A stretch of DNA of 64,000 nucleotides from assembly GCF_009914755.1 (NCBI RefSeq), contig NC_060942.1; one strand, 5' to 3'. The stretch is from the human T2T-CHM13v2.0 reference genome, Homo sapiens. Of this stretch, positions 14,670 to 28,574 are shown in pieces (position 1 is the first letter of the stretch; each line of letters begins with the position of its first letter). Made by a program: the position numbers and the translations under genes. The notes under the pieces are model-generated. The model ran no database searches, was not told the origin of the DNA, and worked only from the letters and a program-made list of their open reading frames with translations.

Positions 14670-14779
14670 TTGATTTATTTTTGACCAATATCACTTCCTG
14701 TGAAGAATGCTGTATCCCATCTTCTATCTTCTCAGTATGCTCCATACCTCCGCACACTAAAAGTCTTTGACACAAGTAT

Positions 14780-15130
14780 CTGCAACTCTGCTTGAGGGCC
14801 TTCTCTGGTCATGAAGGATGCTTCCTCCGATGTGAAGGACAAGCTCATAGTGCTAGGAAGACAACCTAACAGCACATTGGAGTTAGTGGACAAAGCCCTG
14901 ATTCTTCCACACTCAGTTGGTACAACTGTGAGGATACTTTGCATGGTTGTGCGTACGTCGTAAGCAAGCAAGAGATCCAGCTGGCCACAGTGGTATTCTG
15001 CTAATTAGCATGTCATGCATTTTCTCCACTCCCTTTCTGTCTCATTTTCCTACTCCCGTACCTGTACATTCTAGGATCATCTCTTTTATGATTATCTGCA
15101 TAAGCCAATGGACTTCTATATAAGGTTTTG
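14780..15130 (+). mobile_element. Degraded ERVL LTR (LTR16-like)
   Basis: GGCCACAGTGGT...CTCCCTTTCTGTCTCATTTTCCTACTCCC...CTAGGATCATCTC resembles the LTR16 3' portion. Boundaries are uncertain. Confidence 0.45.
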
Positions 15131-15152
15131 CTTAGGTATAAAGAATAAGGAA

Positions 15153-15484
15153 TACCGGGCGTGGTGGCTCACGCCTGTAATCCCAGCACTTTGAGAGGCC
15201 GAGGCGGGCAGATCATGGGATCAGGAGTTCGAGACCAGCCTGGCCAACATGGTGAAACCCTGTCTCTACTAAAAATACAAAAATTAGCTGGGCGTGGTGG
15301 CAAGTACCTTTAGTCCCAGCTACTTGGGAGACTGAGGCAGGAGAATCGTTTGAGCCTGTGAGGCAGAGGTTGCAATGAGCCAAGATTGCTGCCATTGCAC
15401 TCCAGCCTGGGCAACAGAGCAAGACTCTGTCTCAAAAAAAAAGGAGAGAATAAAAAAAGAAAAAAAGAAAAGAAAAGAAGAAAG
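15153..15484 (+). mobile_element. AluS (Sg-like), full length with GA-rich tail
   Basis: CCGGGCGTGGTGGCTCACGCCTGTAATCCCAGC start, two arms, A/GAAA tail. Confidence 0.95.
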
Positions 15485-15948
15485 ATGTATCTTACATATC
15501 AAGAGGTGTGAGAGGTTAACAGTTACAGAATTGAGGCTTCTGGAGAGAGCAAAGCATATCTCTGGAGTAGGTCTGCAATGGCTTGAGAGAGCAAAAAAGG
15601 GAAATTGGCCTGAATTTTTATCATGGCTAGGGTATGAGACCAGAGTAAAAGTTTCTGGGCAGCAGAGGTTAGCATGATTTGAATCTCCCATGGGGCCAAA
15701 GGAAGGAGTACCCAGCTTGCACAGATGTAGGGCAGAAGTGAGAGGGGTGAGGCTTAAAAGCTGGCATCAGCCAGATATCAAAAGAGTCAGAATCTATCAT
15801 AATTCACTCCTGATGTTTGATCACTAAAATTTTATTTAATTGCATTTGAATGTATTTAACTTACTATGGCAATTTATGAAGCCTGCATCCTGAGGCCAGT
15901 AAGGATGGTGAAAGTTCCGTGGAATGCCTTGGTCGAGAGCTCAGTAGT

Positions 15949-16211
15949 TTGGGAGGCCGAGGTGGACGGATCACAAGGTCAAGAAATCAAGACCATCCTG
16001 GCTAACACGGTGAAACCCCATCTCTACTAAAAATACGAAAAAATTGGCCGGGTGTGGTGGTGGGTGCCTGTGTCCCAGCTACTCGGGAAACTGAGGCAGA
16101 AGGATTGCTTGAACCTGGGAGACGGAGCTTGCAGCAAGCCGAGATTGCGCCACTGCACTCCAGCCTGGGTGACAGAGCGAGACTCCATCTCAAAATAAAA
16201 ATAAAAAAAAA
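15949..16211 (+). mobile_element. AluSc/Y-type element, 5'-truncated
   Basis: Starts at TTGGGAGGCCGAGG. Perfect TSD AGCTCAGTAGT at 15938-15948 and 16212-16222. Confidence 0.95.
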
Positions 16212-16303
16212 AGCTCAGTAGTGTGGATTCTGTGCAGTGAAATGAGTGTCTCAATCATCATCAATGATGTCTGAAAATCTGGAGTGGATATTGACTATCC
16301 TGG

Positions 16304-16663
16304 TGATATGGTTGGCTGTGTCCCCACCCAAATCTCATCTTGAATTGTAGTTCCCATAATCCCTAGATGTCATGAGAAGGACCAGGTAGAGAAACTTGAA
16401 TCATGGGGGCAGTTTCCCCCATCCTGTTTTCATGATTGTGAGTGAGTTCTCCCAAGATCTGCTTATTTTATAAGTGGTTTCCCCCTTTGCTGGGCACTCA
16501 TGCTCTCTCCTGTTGCCCTGTGAAGAGGTGCCTTCCGCCATAATTGTTAAGTATCCAGACACCTCCCTGAACATGCAGAACTATAAGTCAATTAAACCTC
16601 TTTCATTTATAAATTATCCAGTCTTGGGTATTTTTTATAGCAGTGTGAGAATGGACTAATACA
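16304..16663 (+). mobile_element. THE1 (ERVL-MaLR) solo LTR
   Basis: TGATATGGTTGGCTGTGTCCCCACCCAAATCTCATCTTG...GGACTAATACA, with a perfect 5-bp TSD CCTGG (16299-16303 and 16664-16668). Confidence 0.95.
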
Positions 16664-16809
16664 CCTGGTGAAGCCTTAATTATAATCTTATTCTATGTGG
16701 AAATGTGAAACCTCAATTTGTATATTGGTGAGGAAAAATATTCTTACAATTTTTTATCCTGAAGGAAAAAATCTTTTGGCCAATGGCCCAAGAACTTATA
16801 AAAATGAAC

Positions 16810-17460
16810 AGTTAGGGCTGTTTGTTGACTGAAGAATCCAGTGCTGAGATGACTGCCTGAAGTTTGGCTGACTGTGTTGACCCATTGGCCCAGTCCTTTA
16901 TCAGGGACATCCTGGTCAAAATATTAAAAGCATGGAGTTTCCACTGAGCTCCATAAGCAGGTAGTAACAATAGTGTCTGTAAAGTATATAAACTCCCATT
17001 GCTGCCAATGCAGGTGATACCACGGGTTTCTCCTGGTATCAGGGGTTCTGGGAGTGGGTTGATGTTCTGCAGCATGGCAGCATGTGGCAAGGGACTGAGA
17101 ACAGAAGAGGACACCCATCCTGTGCACTGGGTGTGCCAGAAGGCCTGGGTTTCACTCCACCTTGTGGCAAGGAGGCCTTAGAAGCTGTACTGAGATTGTG
17201 GGTTGCTGCTTAGATGACCAAAGGCATGATGTGCTTCTGGGCATGGAGGGTGACAGGCTTAGGGTCTGTATGGGACTCTATTTCCAGGGAAGCCTAGTAT
17301 GTGGCCATCAATTGCCACAGTCATGGGGTGTAGGCCAGAGTTAAGAAAGGAAGTTTCTTATATCAGAAGCCAATGGGCAATATATGGGCACCATGAGGCA
17401 TGAGATTGCTAAAGCATCCACAGTGAATGAGTCTCTAGCAGCTCTAATGCCTATTTTATA
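16810..17460 (-). mobile_element. Degenerate class III (ERVL-like) endogenous retrovirus pol fragment (RT connection domain plus RNase H)
   Basis: My manual minus-strand translation gives PIGF*YKKLPFLTLAYTP*LWQLMATY*ASLEIE...PVTLHAQKHIMP, followed by YFTD and GSTQSAKLQAVISAL, which matches the RNase H FTDG and SAQxAELxAV motifs. Confidence 0.8.
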
Positions 17461-17899
17461 GCAATTTGGTCATAATCTTTTACCTAAATGACATGTAATT
17501 ATCAAAACTGCTGACTTCACTTGGCTAAATCTAGAACAGAGACTTGTTAGAACTCAACAATGCATCACAAAGCATAGCGCAAACACACTCCACCCAGTAG
17601 AAAGCAGTTCAAAATGCATGCTTGCTATCAGACAGGTTCACAAATCCCAACAGGAAAAAGACCTGTGGTATTGGTCGTTGTTTAGACATCCTGGTCACAA
17701 GCCCAATTCGTTCTGGCCCATCTGCCTTTGCAGATAAAAATATTAATTAATAGTTTCCCAGATAAATGACAAAATCTAGGGTCTCAGGGTCTTATCTCAG
17801 ACTCGGTTTCTAATGGTTTCAATTTAAAACATAAGGGTTTTATCACAATAAGACAAATTACCTGTATTGTTTGAGAAACTATTCATCACATATGTCATT

Positions 17900-18415
17900 T
17901 GTTTTGCTAATCACATCACTCCCATTCTCTTTGGCCACAGGAAAGTTTGCTCAGCCTATTACTAGCCATTAATAAAATCCCAGGTAATAAACCAAAGTAA
18001 TTGGTCAAAGGATTAGGCATATAACGTAATCTAGGTCAGCACCGAGTCTTTCTCTGGGATTTTATGTTTTATGGTTAGTGGAAAAAATAAGCTGTCTTCA
18101 CTGAGGTCTTACAGTGGGATAACATAAACTTGCAATTATGTTTGCTGACACTTTGGGAAAGTTTATCTGCAGAAAGAGAGGATAAGACCATCCTGCAGAA
18201 AGGAACAGGGACAGATTCTAGACTGAAGGGATAGAAAGTAAAAGTGAGAGCCAGACAAGAATATAATGAACAATATATTATTAGTTCACGGATCCAGCAC
18301 GGCCATTATCAGTTATTTAAAATAAAACAAAGCAAATACACACACACACATACACACACACACACGTACATTTGTTCAAGCTAGTTCTAGCTGGGTTTTC
18401 TGACTTGCCAAAAAA
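17900..18415 (+). mobile_element. Old MLT1 (J/K/L-like) MaLR LTR remnant with an internal (CA)n
   Basis: 3' end TTCAAGCTAGTTCTAGCTGGGTTTTCTGACTTGC is typical of the MLT1J-L group. A CA repeat lies at about 18338-18365. Confidence 0.6.
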
Positions 18416-20409
18416 CCCAGATCATCTATATATTTTACATGGAAAATGGGGTATATTTAGTGTGGAATTTGACATTTCCCCCTAATATTGTTTCTACAAG
18501 AATAAGATTATAATTTATCTGGCTACTTACGGTCCTGAGAAACTGAATTTCGCAATCATATATATAAAGGGTGAGTTTAAGGAGGGCTTGTTCTGTTTCT
18601 GGTCTTTATCCCTTTTTCATTAGCATTATTTTTATTATTGTACATCTTTTTACGAGATATAAGCGACATAAATCCAGAACCCGCCACTGGCATGCTTCTA
18701 CTATTAATTATGTAATCAAAAAATATTTGTTGAATGAGTGGATATAAAGCTAGAGCTGAGACAACCTTTAAAATGTAGATTTCTAAAATACAACTTATAT
18801 TCTCTGAAATATCAGTGTCCAGCCTCACTTTTGAAAGCCCTTAAAAATAAACTATTTGATTCATTCAAGACATTTCAAAGAGTAACCATCTCAAATGGCA
18901 TAAAAGTAAAGGTCATAAGCTCAAAACCTGAAACTTCAAAGGAAAATAAATGCCAAATATAGATTTTTTTTTGTTTCTCTATAAATCACAGATTTTGTCT
19001 TTCCGGCATTTACTTCTAGATAGCTAGTTTTATGAAAAAAATATTAATGTAAAAGCTGAATTATAGATCTGAGACATAATGCAATTGGTAATGAAATCAA
19101 AATAAATATAAAGGTAATACATTGTGCATATCTGCCTACATATGTAATTTTATTATTCAGCAAAATAAAAATTTTAAATTACTAACACCACTTTTTAATA
19201 TTTTTCTTTATTTACACCTAATCCATGCCATTGCACTACAAATAGATGTAAAGATATAAATATATAATAGCTGAAATGATCAAAATATTAGATATTGAAT
19301 TTTAAAATTTCTAAGATACATGAAAATAAAGTTTTATTTAGGTTTTCTGAATAACTTGTACAGTATTTTCTATTTTATGTTTTCTCAAAGACTAAAGCTA
19401 GAGCATAATGATATTGCTACTGTTCCACATTTCCACTGCTTTATTGTCTATATTCTTTAATGTTTATTCATTACTTTGAACATGGCTTTAAAGTCATGCA
19501 TTGAGATGTATAATATTAAAGGAGTTTTATTACATTCAAAGTCATTTTAATCTTAGCTGAAAGTAAAAACAAAAACAGAATCATTCAGCTCTAGCTCTGG
19601 ACAAATGTTTTTAAATGAATTCTTCATTTTCTGAAAAGCAATTACAGGTGCAAGTAGTACTTTTCTGTCACTCAGATCTCAGAGTGTGAACCTATAGAAC
19701 ACAACAAAGTAACTTAGTACCATAATGTGCTGGGTTTGGTTCAAAGTTTAGGCATTTTTCTTCAATTAGGTGTTTGCAAGGAGCTCTGTGGGATAGAGAT
19801 TTATGCTGATGGTCAATTCTATAATTTTTATAAATATATAGCACAGTAATTAATGTTGGCTTTTATGGGTGTTTCTAGATACAGTGAAGATTCTAAGGGT
19901 CCTTGGGAAAAGAGAGAATTGTGGAACTCCCAAGCATTTCCACCTGTGTTATATGACTGTGTCTGTCTCCTTTGCTAAATTAAGGACTATTCAAAGGCAA
20001 TGATTTCACACTTTTTTGTAGTTGTTTCTCATAAAACCTTGGAAAATGTTTTGCACATAGTAGTCCCTGAAACCACTGATGTGTTATCGACACAATTCAA
20101 ACATATCTGGAACCTGACAATAATTAAGATAAAAACCTCATGTATAGAAAACTTACCTAATGGAATAGACAAACAATAAAATCAGGATGAAAGAAAGAAA
20201 CCATCAATTCAAGACACTGATTAAAAGGATGAAAATCCTGAGCCAAATATCCAAACTGTGTTTCTGTAGTATTCTGAACTTCTTCATACATGCCTTTTCT
20301 CAATTTTGGTTGCTCTATACCCCACGTCTAGTGATCCAAAGTGCACAATTCAAACAAAATTATATAATTCATATAATAGAGTGCAAAGAAAGATGGAAGC
20401 ACAGACAGA

Positions 20410-20505
20410 CAGAAGGAAGGGAGGGAGGGAGGGATGGAGGAAGGGAGGAAGGAAGGAAGGGAGGAAGGAAAGAAGGAGAAATAGTGATGGAGGGAGGGAG
20501 GGCAG
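20410..20505. repeat. (GGAA/GGGA)n purine-rich simple repeat
   Basis: Read directly from the sequence. Confidence 0.9.
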
Positions 20506-21282
20506 GCTGGCTTCTCTACCTGACTTCTACCAAATCAAATCATGACATTTTGCTGCTTAATGAGGTTGATGTAGACTGTTCTATTCAGGAATAAATTAAA
20601 CTTGTGAGCTCTAGTTATTTTAGAAAAGATCTGTTTACCAATAGTGACTTAATTTGTGTATACCCACAACAAAATGAAGAGAACTTTGGTAATTTTCCAG
20701 TCAATTTCATCACAAAACATAAGGAGTTTGGGTGATTTGCTCCATAATGACACCTTTTTCTGAAACTTACAATCTGAACTGTTTTCTTTCTACACAGTCC
20801 TTCCAGTTCCTGCTTCCTTGCTTTGGAGATTTTGAACCCCTCCCTCCTATATTTAGTTATTCTTATTTCATGTTGCTTCAAATCTGGCTGCTTCTGATAC
20901 TAAGTCTTTACACATCTTTAGAAAATTAAGGCCTAAATTATATTTTTTTCTTATTCTCCTAGAGATGCTTGAGTCAGGCAAAATAAAAGTAATATAAAAT
21001 TATTATTAATTTAAATTTATATTAGTCTTTAAGGTCTAAAATTACTTTATGACCAAAAAAAAAAAAGAATAGCAAAGTGAACTTTGGACAAATTTGGAAC
21101 AAATATGAAGAAGGAGGCTCTTATGTGACACCTCCCATGGAGTTCACTCTTTCTCTCTCTCTTTTTCCCTCTTCACTGTTACTGTTCCCAGCATGGGAAG
21201 CTCAAGTTTTTTTTAAGTACATGCTTTTTACATTGGGCCAGATAATAGAACACTCTCTGCTACTTCCACCTTTACAAAACTT

Positions 21283-21365
21283 TATATGTATAGTTATATA
21301 TATATAGAGAGAGTTATATATATATAGTTATATATATATATTTATATATAGTTATATATAGTTAT
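21283..21365. repeat. Low-complexity (TA)n / TAGTTATATA repeat
   Basis: Repeated TAGTTATATATATA units. Confidence 0.85.
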
Positions 21366-22414
21366 TAGCAAAATTCTACTGTATAATTTCTAAGGTACAG
21401 TCAAAGTTGATATGTCTTTCCTGAGTGAAATTTCTCCTGTGTGCTCTTGGCATCTAAGTAATGATTTACATGCACCAGTAAAACACATAATTACAGACTC
21501 AGCAAATATAAATAAAAGGGAAAAGGTAGTCTTTATAAATATAGGGGAATATTTCATCATATGCAATTAATAAAATAAATAGAAAATATATTAGTGAAAG
21601 TATTACTTTTAGAGTACATGTCATTTTTTTCACTTCATAGACATGTATTTAGGATTTGCCATGTCAGGCCATGTGCCTAAATTTGAGATGTCATCATAAA
21701 GATTCTCATTTATTTAAAAAAAAACTGTAAGTCAACATATTTATATGAGGGTGCTTGATCATGATTAAGAACCAGGAAACTTAAAGCTAGGTGAGCACAG
21801 CAGAAAATCTGCGTAACCTCAGGAAAAAAAAATACAGACACTTCAAACTGTGCTAACTTTATAGTCTGAAACTGTCTTATAAAACAACAAAAAAAAGAGT
21901 ATTTAAGAAAGCAATTTATTCACATCTGTAATTTTCTGTATTTGAGTATAACGCATACTGTTTGAGAAACTGTTCAATGAAAAATCACTTATTTGCCATC
22001 AGATAAAAAGCAATACTTTTGTTAAAAAGGAATCAACAAAAAGTATGTATTTCAGAATAATTTGGTGATTAATTTTAACAAGATTTGTAATTATAGAGAT
22101 TTACATGTTAAGATACTTTAAACTGATATAAACTAAAAATGTGCATAAATGTCTAAAGGCACAAGTTCCATTACATCCAAATGTCAGTTATTTAAAAAAT
22201 ACATTTGCATTCATATGGTTGTCTGCTTTATAATTTACTATCAACAATCTGGTTTTTAATTTACATTCAACAATAACTGATTTACAAATTAACACTATCT
22301 CTGACAGCCATACCCATAGGGTTTACAGATATTAAAAAACTTTATCCCAACCCAACCACCTCCATAGAAAGCCCTTGAGGAAGAATTCTACATAGCAAAT
22401 AAGTATATGTATGT

Positions 22415-22416
<2 letters not shown>

Positions 22417-22457
<41 letters not shown>

Positions 22458-22461
22458 TGTG
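22417..22461. repeat. (TG)n microsatellite next to the L1 tail
   Basis: About 18 GT units followed by GCGCGTGTGT. Confidence 0.95.
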
Positions 22462-25400
22462 TTTTAATTTCAGCTTTTATTTTAAATACAGAAAATACCC
22501 CTTCAGGTTAGTTTCACAGCTATATTGTATCCAGGTTGTGGGCATGTACCCAATAGGTACTTTTGTGACTTATGGCCCCTCCCGCCCTTACTGCTCTAGT
22601 AGTCCTGTGTCTATTGTTCCAATGTTTATGTCCATATTTGCTAAACACTTAGCTCCCATTTGTAAGTGAGAACATGCAGTATTTAGTTTTCTGTTACTGC
22701 ATTAATTTGCTTAGGATTATGGCCTCTACTTCCATGTTCATTGCTGCAAAATACATTATTTTATTCTTTTTTGTGGATCCTTAATATGCCATGGTGTAAA
22801 TGTAGCACATTGTCTGTATCCAATCCACCATTGCTGAGCATCTAGGTTGATTCCACGTCTTTGCTATTGTGAATATTGCTTCAACGAACATACGAGTGCA
22901 CGTTTCTTTTTGGTATAATGATCTCATTTCCTTTGCATATATACCCAGTAAAGGGCTTGGTGGATCGAATGGTAGCTCCGTTTTCAGTTCTTTGAGAAAT
23001 CTCCAAACTGCCTTCCACAGTGGCTGAATTTACATTCCCACCAACAGTTCCTAAGCATTCCCTTTGCTCCAGCATCTTTGCCATCATCTGTTGCTTTTTG
23101 ACTTTTTAATAACAGCCATTCTGACTGGTATGATATGACATCTCATTGTATTTTGATTTGCATTTCTCCTATGAATAACAATGATGAGCATTTTTCATCT
23201 TTGTTGGTTGCTTGTATGTCTTCTTTTGAGAAGTATCTGTTCATGTTCTTTGCTCAGTTTTTAATAGGGCTATTTGTTTTTTACTTGTTGAATTATTTAA
23301 GTTCCTTATAGATTCTGGATATAAAATCTTTGTCGGATGCATAATTTGGAATATTTTCTCCCATTCTATAGGTTTTCTATTTGCTTTGTTGATAGTTTCT
23401 TTTGCTGTGCAGCAGCTGTTTAGTTTAATGAGGTGCCACTTGTCTATTCTTACTTTTGTTGCAATTGCTTTCAGCGACTTAGCCAAAAATTATTTGCCAA
23501 GGCCATTATCAAGAAAGGTATTTCCTAAGTTTTTTTCTGGAATTTTTATAGTTTGAAGTTTTACATTTAATCAATATAGTTAATTTTTGTACATGGAGGG
23601 TAATAGTCTAGTTTCATTCTTCTGCGTATAGCTTTTCTTGGCCTTGTCAAATGTCAGATGGTGGTAGGTGTCTGGCTTTACTTCTGAGTGTTCTATTCTG
23701 TTCCATTAATCTATGTGTCTCTTTTTGTAGTATTACATGCTGTTTGGTTACTGCAGCCTTATAGTGTTGTTTAAAGGCAGATAGTGTGACGTCTCCATCT
23801 TTTTCTTTTTGCTTAGGATTTCTTTGGCTGTTTGGGCCCTTTATTATTTCCCTATAAATCATAGAATAGTTTTCTTTTCTAATTTTGTGAAGAATTACAT
23901 TGGTAGCTCAACAGGTATAGCACCGAACCTGTAAATTGCTCTGGGCAGTATGGCAGTGTTAATGATACTGATTCTTCCAATCCATGAGAACGAAGTGTTT
24001 TTCATTTATTTTTATCATCTCTGATTTCTCTTAATAGTGTTTTGTAGTTCTCCTTGAATAGATCTTTCACCTCCTTGGTTAGCTGTATTCCTGGGTGGGT
24101 ATTTCATTTTCTTTGTGATTATTATAAATAAGATTGTGCCCTTGATTGGACTCTCAGCCTGAGTGTTATTCATATAAAATGCTATTGATTTTGTATATTA
24201 AAACCATTCTAAATCCTTTATCAGTTCTAGTAGCGTTTTGGTGGAGTCTTTAGGGTTTTCTAAATATAGAATTATATCAACAATAAAGAGAGTTTTTTTT
24301 GCCGTCTTCTTTTTTGATTTTGATGCCTTCTATTTATTTCTCTTGGCTGATTGCTCTGGCTAGGAATTCCAGTAATTTGTTGAATAGGAGTGGTGAGAGT
24401 GGGCATCTTTGTCTTGTTCCAGTTCTCATAGAGAATGGCTCCAGCTTTTGCCCGTTCAGTAAGATGTTGGTTGTGGATCTGTAATAGTTGGCTCTTATGA
24501 TTTTGAGGTATGTTCTTTCAATGTCTACACTGCGGAGGGTTTGTATCATGAAGGGTTGTTGAATTTTATCAAAAGCTTTTTCTGCATCTATTGAGATCAT
24601 CATATAGTTTTTGCTTTTAACTCTGTTTATTTGGTAAATCACATTTATTGATTTCCATATATTGAACCAACCTTGCATCCCAGGAATAAGCCTACTTGAT
24701 TCTGGCAAAGTAACTTTTTGATATGCTACTTAATTCAGTTTGCTAATATTTTGTTGAGAATTTATGTGTCTATGTTCATTGGAGATATTGGCCTGAAGTT
24801 TTCTTTCTTTGTCATTCCTCTCCCAGATTGTGGTATTAGTCTAATGCTAGTTTTGCAGATTAAGGGAAGAGTCTTATCTCAACTTTTTTGGAGTATTTTC
24901 AGTAGGAATGGTACCAGTTTTGCTTTATACCTCTGTTTGAATTCAACTGTGAATCTACCTGGTCCAGGCTTTTTGTTGATTGGTAGAATTTTTTTTATTA
25001 CTGATTCAATTTCAGAGCTTAACGTTGGTCTATTCAGGCTTTCAATCTCTTCCTGATTCAATCTTGAGGAATTGTGTGTTTATAGGAATTTATCCACTTC
25101 CTCTAGATTTTCTAAGTTGTGTACATACAGTTGCTCATAGTATTCTCTGAAGATCTTTTTTATTTCTCTGGGACCAGTTGTAATTTCATCTTTGTCATTT
25201 CTGATTGTGCTTATTTGATCTTGTCTCTTTTTTATTCTTTTTGCTTTGTCAATCTATCTAGAGGTCTAATCTTGTTTAATTTTTTCAGAGAACAAACTCT
25301 TGAATTCATTGATATTTTGAATAGACTTTTGCATCTCTAATTTTTAAGTTCTTCTCTAATTTTAATGATTTCTTTTTCTTCTGGTAGCTTTGTGGTTGTT

Positions 25401-26110
25401 TTTTTCTTTTTTTTTTTTAACTAGTGCTTATAGGTACAACATTAGATTGTTAATTTTAGGTCTTTCTGACTTCTTGATGTGATGAAGGTGTTTAGGGCTA
25501 TAAACTTTCTTCTTAACCCTGCTTTAGCAGAGTTTTGGTAAGTTGTGTCCCTATTTTTATGAACTTCAGAGAATTTTTAAAATTTCTTCCTTAATTTCAA
25601 TGTTTACTCAAGAGGTATGCAGGAGCAAGTTATTTTATTTCCATATATTTATATAGTTTTGAGAGATCTTCCTGATATTGATTTCTATTTTTATTGCACT
25701 GTCTTCTGACTGTATGCTTTGTGTGATCTCTATTTAATTTATTTAGATTTGCTTTATGACCAGGCACGTAGTTGATCTTAGAATATGTTCCATGTGCACA
25801 TGAGAAGCATGTATATTCTGCAGTTGTTGCGTGGAGTGTTCTGTAGATGTCTATTTGGCCCAATTGTTCAAGTGTCAAGTTTACATCCAGAGTTTCTTCA
25901 TTAGTTTTTTGCCTTGATAATTTGTCTAATTCTGTCAATGGGGTATTGAAGTCTTCCAAAATTATTGTGTAAGTATATGTGTTTCATTGGCCAAGAATAA
26001 CTTGTTTTATGAATCTGGGTGCTCCAATGTTGTGTGCATATATATTTAGGATAGTGAAGTCTTCTTTCTGGATTATCGTCTTTATCATTAGGTAATGATT
26101 TTCATTGTCT
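22462..26110 (-). mobile_element. LINE-1, L1PA16/L1PB-like, ~3.6 kb covering most of ORF2 (EN, RT and C-terminus) plus the 3'UTR; disrupted
   Basis: ORF fragments DFNTPLTELD...HGTYSKI (endonuclease), [10 protein letters not shown]...[10 protein letters not shown]...[13 protein letters not shown] (RT) and [12 protein letters not shown]. Many stops and frameshifts. Confidence 0.95.
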
Positions 26111-27825
26111 AAACAATATTTCGAATGTACAAAATCCATCGATATGCCACAATGTTAATTTTGGTCAATGTATCAAGTAGTAGTTATGTATTAAGTCCTA
26201 TTTCCAATGAGTTAATATGAATGTGCTAATAACATTGGGATGGCTAGAATTAGAATAAGGGATAAAAAGAAGAAAAATATGGTGATGACTAATTTCTTAA
26301 CATGGGCATCTTTGAGAAAAAGAAAGGGAGTGTTGAATCAAAGATGTCATTATTTTCACATAATTTCCCTTCCTGATACTGTATGCACTGAGAAATTGAG
26401 TTTACTCAACCCCCAAAAGATTGAGTCATCCCATTATTTATGATAATAATATTAAAGTAATTATTATTGTTATAGTTGTTGTTTTATGTCTGGAGTTACC
26501 AAGTTAAGATGATCCATGCCACATACCTGTTAACATGTATCATAAGTTGAATGTATTATGTTTTTACAACCTGGCTTAAGGGAAAGATGATTTGTCAGAA
26601 ACTTTATATTTTGCATTAACAAACTTTTTTCTACAACCCAGAAAATCATTTGGGAAGTCAAATTGGGGCGATTATTCCTGAAATCAACATTCAGTACTGA
26701 AAAGACACATACTCGTCTTCATAAATGTTTATGTTGTGATATAGAGATGAATGTTGAACACTTGGCAAGATAAATGACAGAGAATATATTTATACTTAGC
26801 TTTGTTGACTTTGCTGGTAAAACCACAACTTTTGGGTATTTATAATTTCTCAAAAAGAGATTGCCTTTCTATGACAGCTTCAGTGAGAGGAGTCTAATAG
26901 TAAAAAAAAACCCACTTAATTATTGTTAAAAATAAGGAAGTCATCAATAGCTGGCATGAGAACTGCCACTTCATTCTGAAAAAAAAAATAAGTTTTCAAT
27001 ACTTACAATGCTTGTCTTACCATAGTAGCAACTGAATAAAGGACTAACAACGTGTCTTATGAAGAGTTAATCATGAGGAAAGAATAGTTTTGTATTAGAG
27101 TAATAAGCTCATAAAGTTGAGAAGTAATGGACCAATTCTCTGCAAGAATACAGGGTCTTAGGATATTTAAAGTCAAGTTGAAGCCTTTTATTGCACAGGC
27201 AAATATTTGTGGAGTGAAGAATGGCCAGAAAAATGTCACTGTTTAGGTAGCAGATATTCAGAGTTGCCTGAGAATCTAAACTAGAAAATAGGAATGGAAA
27301 TGGCAACAATTAAAGAGCAAACCCTAAAGTGTTGGTTTTAAAATCAGTGCAAAATTATACATATCCATAAAGGAAAAACAGATAATCAGATCTAAATGTT
27401 TAAAATTTAGCCACACCTCTAAGTTAAGAGGGCAGTTAGTAATAGAAGGCACCAGGAAAAAAACCAAAAAAGTAATTTCCTAAATCCAAAGTAATCAGGC
27501 AGTTAGTTTCAAAATGCGGCCATTGAGTATGGTCACTTGAGGTGGAACTCAGACTGAATGCCAGTCCCTGTGATTATAAGGAGACAAAACACAACCTCAG
27601 CCCTGAAGTAACAACGACATAAAAGAGACTCAAACATCAACCTTTTCAGACCAAGACACAATTTCTAAAACTGCATTATAAAGCAAGTACTTAACAAATA
27701 AAGGTAGGTATGAACTAAGACACTAAATTAGGAAAACAGTGTGGAGCTGATTTGCAGTCACTGCTAGTTAGACTGGTACAGTTTCCCATTATTATTATCA
27801 GTTTGTGAGGGGCTGAAATATTAAC

Positions 27826-28290
27826 TGTGATGTGGGAATAAACAAAGAACAACAACATGACAACAAGTGATGACTATTTATTAGGAGCTTGCTAAAGCAG
27901 GGAAGTTAGCCACAATCACTTTAGTTTGACAAAGACACAATGGCAGGCAGGAGAGTGGGGAAGTTCTAAAGGTGAAAAATAAAAAGCGAAGGCTTTAAGC
28001 ATTCCCTGAATCCAAGATGTTGGCATGGGGAAGCTGGAGATGGGCTATCTAACAGGAGCCGGCCAACTTATGTGACTGTTTAGAGTTGTGTATTTTGTTT
28101 TCTCTGATGCTAAGTTGGAAATGGGGGCAACAACCAGGAAAGTTAGCCGTTTTTACTCAAGCCCTGGTCGCTAATTTGGAGCTGATTGTCACAGAGGTCT
28201 TGTTTGGCTTCCTAGGCTGACTGCAGAGGTTGTGTGACAGAGATCTATTGTCCTATAAGATCTGGCTGTGGTCTCTATAGTCAATCTCCC
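27826..28290 (-). mobile_element. ERV1 LTR, MER89-like
   Basis: GTTGGCATGGGGAAGCTGGAG...CTAAGTTGGAAATGGGGGC...GGCTTCCTAGGCTGACTGCAGAGGTTGTG matches the recalled MER89/MER90 group reverse complement. Confidence 0.65.
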
Positions 28291-28574
28291 CATGAGTTCA
28301 TGGCTTTAAATATAGGACGCAGAAATCAAAGGAGAAAAGATAGAATTAATGGGTCACACCCCTGTCAATGGGAAAAGTGTTGGCACACAGTAAGTGGCAA
28401 TCTGGGAGTTCCTAAATAATAATCAAGAGCTTTTATCCCTAAAAACAATTATGAGGGCCAGACACAATATAATTCTCAGAAGACACCATGTGCAGAGAGA
28501 GGGTCATAGGAAGGAATGGGGACTAGTAATAAGGCAAATATGAAGAAAAAGAATATTCTTCCATTGGGTTTCAG

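Noticed and set aside
16385-16410. DUX4 site in the THE1 LTR
   Set aside because: It reads AACTTGAATCA rather than TAATTGAATCA, so the motif is degraded.
20187-20594. 135-aa ORF with a Gly/Arg/Glu-rich tract
   Set aside because: Artefact of the (GGAA)n simple repeat.
26684-26757. 10-bp inverted repeat TCAACATTCA/TGAATGTTGA as a pre-miRNA or snoRNA stem
   Set aside because: The pairing does not extend, there are no well-placed box motifs, and it is plausible by chance in 64 kb of AT-rich DNA.
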